Source: Antedon mediterranea
Lineage: Eukaryota > Animalia > Echinodermata
Reading direction: 5' to 3'
DNA: 64,000 nt
Assembly: GCF_964355755.1 (NCBI RefSeq)
Contig: NC_092672.1
Location: 33,734,437 to 33,798,436, forward strand
In this document: positions 61,191-64,000 of the stretch, piece after piece
Position numbering within the stretch: position 1 is the first letter of the stretch
How the letters are laid out: each line of letters opens with the position of its first letter
Notes under the pieces: model-generated
Database searches by the model: none
What the model saw: the letters and a program-made list of their open reading frames with translations, nothing else
Told to the model about the DNA's origin: nothing
Program-made: the position numbers and the translations under genes

Positions 61191-61634
61191 ATTTTATTTA
61201 TTTATTATTTTATTTTTATATATATTTGTCCTCAAGCTTAACTGGAAACTGAGGAAATTCGGATTAGGCCCTCCACGGCAGCCAGCAGTGCAGCGCCTAC
61301 CATATCAGCACACCGGGAGACGATCCCCTACTCTTTTCGAATAGTGTACCAAGTTAAGTACACGGGACCAACGGCTTTACCTCCCATCCGAAGGATGAGG
61401 CAATGAGAGTAAAGCATCTTGCCTAAGGATGCAATTAGTATGGTACAGATAACCTCGAACCCATGCCTATCACATGCGAGTCCAATATTACCATTACACC
61501 ATCACTCTCCAGTATATACAGCACCCGCCGCGATTTCTGGACGGTCTCCCATCCAGAACGCAAGCCGGGCCCAACGTTGCTTAACTTTGGTGATCTGACG
61601 AGAACCGGTGTTTCAACGCAGTATGGCCGTATAT
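61191..61634 (-). mobile_element. 5S rRNA/tRNA-headed Deu-domain SINE, near full length
   Basis: 121-nt 5S-like head (61514-61634) with box A, box C and a closing helix; then TGGTGTAATGG / GGTTCGA boxes, the core ccttcggatgggaggtaaagcc...aagagtagggg...cccggtgt and an AT-rich tail. Confidence 0.88.
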
Positions 61635-61852
61635 GTAATGCTTATTCTTAGCAAATATATTAATTGATTTATTAATGTAATATCATCGATCAGTAGTTTA
61701 ATGAATAATAATTGATTACAAATCAATATTCATATAGTTGTTACAACTTTTTCAATATGACACCAATACGCTGCGCAATGTAATATACTTTTATTCGATA
61801 AACATAAACAATAGGTGGCGCTGTTTGAATTACTGTAAACAAACGTGATATT

Positions 61853-63892
61853 ATGGCTAGCGAGAGTGACACATATTCGTTTATACGAAAGTTACGTAAG
61901 AAATTGCGACAAATTGAACGTTTAGAAACAGTCAATAGAGTTTTAACGGACGAAGAAAAGCTAAAGGTTTGTTTCTGTGTATTAACACTTCAAATTACTG
62001 TAGTTTTATTAGCTCAATCGCATGATTATGTTTGGCTAGGCCGGCCTTCTGTGCTGAATTTGCAAACTTGACCTGATGGCATTGACGTTTTCCGCTTGAA
62101 CCTGTTTGAAAGTTTTTGTGGCTTGCGGGCTAGCTTAGGTCTACAGTACATTGTTGGGTTATTATTGTTGTCCGTAGTAAGCTAAAAATGATTTAATTTT
62201 AAGGTTTTACAAAGTATAGGCCTCTAACTTGTTAATTGCAATTTTATTAATAATTAGGTTTCACGTAAAGAAGATTTAAGAAATACACTCCATGAGAAAT
62301 TATCAGAACTTGGTGATGAATCCTTCGAGGAAAACAACTTTTCATTTGAAACTCAACAATCAAGTTTTGAAAGTGCTGCAGTTGATGATTTATTGAACAA
62401 TTCAGAAGAACAAACACGATTAAAAGACTGTTCGGAAGAAGTAAAAGAATTTGAGATGAAAAGAAAAGCAAATGAAGATGAAGAGGAGGAGTCTGAAAAT
62501 GAGGAGACGGTTTCGAGACTGGATGAAAGAATTCCTCCGAAGGTTTCTAAAACTGGAGATGGTGCCGGAGAAAATAAAGTGCCCTCACCATCTACAGCGA
62601 AAGCAGAACTATTGACATTAAAACAAAGAAAGGAAAGTCCTTCACCTAAACAAGGTAAATAACAGTCCAGTCAAAAATTTAAAGAATTTAACTTGACTGA
62701 AGTACATACTGACTCGCCCCCATTTAAGATAACTTCTATGTTCACATTCAGTGGCATCACTACTGTAGTACTGGTTGAAGTGAACCATCTTCACAGAGAC
62801 GTCCCTGGTAGCCATTGACATGAAGTTGGCATTTGGATTTACTACTTTTAAATGTTTTTGGCACATGTGCTTATTGTTAAAAATTAATGTTACCTTATCT
62901 ACAGCTTCAGAAACCAGCAAACCCGGAAAGACTAATTCACAGACAACTAAATTTTCAAAATCAACTTCTCAATCATCATCCAAGCCAGGTTCGCCAGCGT
63001 CCATATGGGCAACAGCCAAGTTTTCCGTCCATGTTTTCGAAGGACACAACGATCTCATTGGTGCTGTGGACTGTTTAGGAGATACCATTATATCTGGAGG
63101 GTATGTAAATTGTTTAGAAAGATATTGTTAATTGTTAAATGGAGATACTATTATATTACAAGAGTAGGTGTTGTGTGTATTTAATTGTGTTTACAATTTA
63201 TATTATATAGTCGAGATACTATGGTGAAAATCTGGAACATGGAGAACAAGGAAGAACAGCATAGTTTTGGAGGTCATACGGGTACTGTGACCTCAGTTAA
63301 GCTGCTAGATTCAATAGAAAATCGCAGGCTTGGTGAGTAGAAACAGGGAGTTGTAAAATCAACAACTCCCTGGTAGAACCAAGTACAGTATTTATACTTT
63401 AGGCCCACCTCAAAATTGGTAGTAATTCTTATACAAATGATCAATATGGAATCTTTAATCTTTTATTTATGTAATTAATTTTTAAATGATTTTGTTTCAT
63501 TAGAAAATGTTGTAGATGATTTACCTGAAGGCTGTCAACTTGCACTAAGTAGTTCGCTGGACTGTTCCATTAAGCTCTGGTGTATTTCATCTGCTACAAT
63601 GGTACGGTCCATGTACACGTACAATCCTGTAACATGTATGGGCTACTTTCCTGGTGTAGGATACATTGTCTCGGGCTCCGGTAAGGATAAGTTAACAAAT
63701 TAATTACAATCTATAATTCAAGAAATGACCAACTATAAGTAGCTTTAAATATTATTGTAATGCTTTGTAATGGCCATATATATTTAATATTAACCTTTTT
63801 CTGTAGATGGTGGTAAAGTGGAATTGTGGGATATTGAATCTGGAAACAACTTATTTTCAACATTAGCACATGATTCTGTGACGTGTATTTGG
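61853..63892 (+). CDS. WD40-repeat protein with N-terminal coiled-coil hairpin and acidic linker, 3'-partial
   Basis: Exons 61853-61966, 62258-62654, 62905-63100, 63211-63332, 63504-63680 and 63807-63892 join in frame. WD repeats: FEGHNDLIGAV..IISGGRDTMVKIWN, GGHTGTVTSV..LSSSLDCSIKLW, IVSGSDGGKVELWD. Confidence 0.92.
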
Positions 63893-64000
63893 GTAAGTGT
63901 CCAACAAACCAAAGCAATAATCAATTGACTACACAGCTTTCGAGTCGCAAAGTCATTTTGCACATGCTCAGAATCATGAATATTAAACACCTCCTTTGTC

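Noticed and set aside
61514-61634. Functional 5S rRNA gene
   Set aside because: It is diverged from canonical 5S, has no T-run terminator after the head, and is fused to a tRNA/Deu SINE body with dispersed copies.

Overview
AT-rich animal genomic DNA, probably an invertebrate deuterostome such as an echinoderm (inferred from the DeuSINEs, TAGGCCTA-rich repeats and human-like mTOR intron positions). The + strand carries the last 46 coding exons of an mTOR gene (186-60216): HEAT, FAT, FRB, kinase and FATC regions, with the 5' part lying upstream of the window. Its 24-kb intron (22423-46613) hosts an antisense C1q/TNF (CTRP3-like) collagen-C1q gene with a single coding exon. A WD40 gene with an N-terminal PYM/eIF2A-like helical hairpin starts at 61853 and runs off the end. 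The introns hold many mobile elements: Harbinger/Tourist, Kolobok-type, Mutator-type, Tc1/pogo-type MITEs, a Helitron and two Deu-domain SINE families, one with a 5S+tRNA chimeric head. The most notable signal is an intact P-element-like transposon (7-bp TSD) together with several 17-30-bp palindromes flanked by 7-bp TSDs, which look like P-type excision footprints. All coordinates were read by eye and no database search was run.
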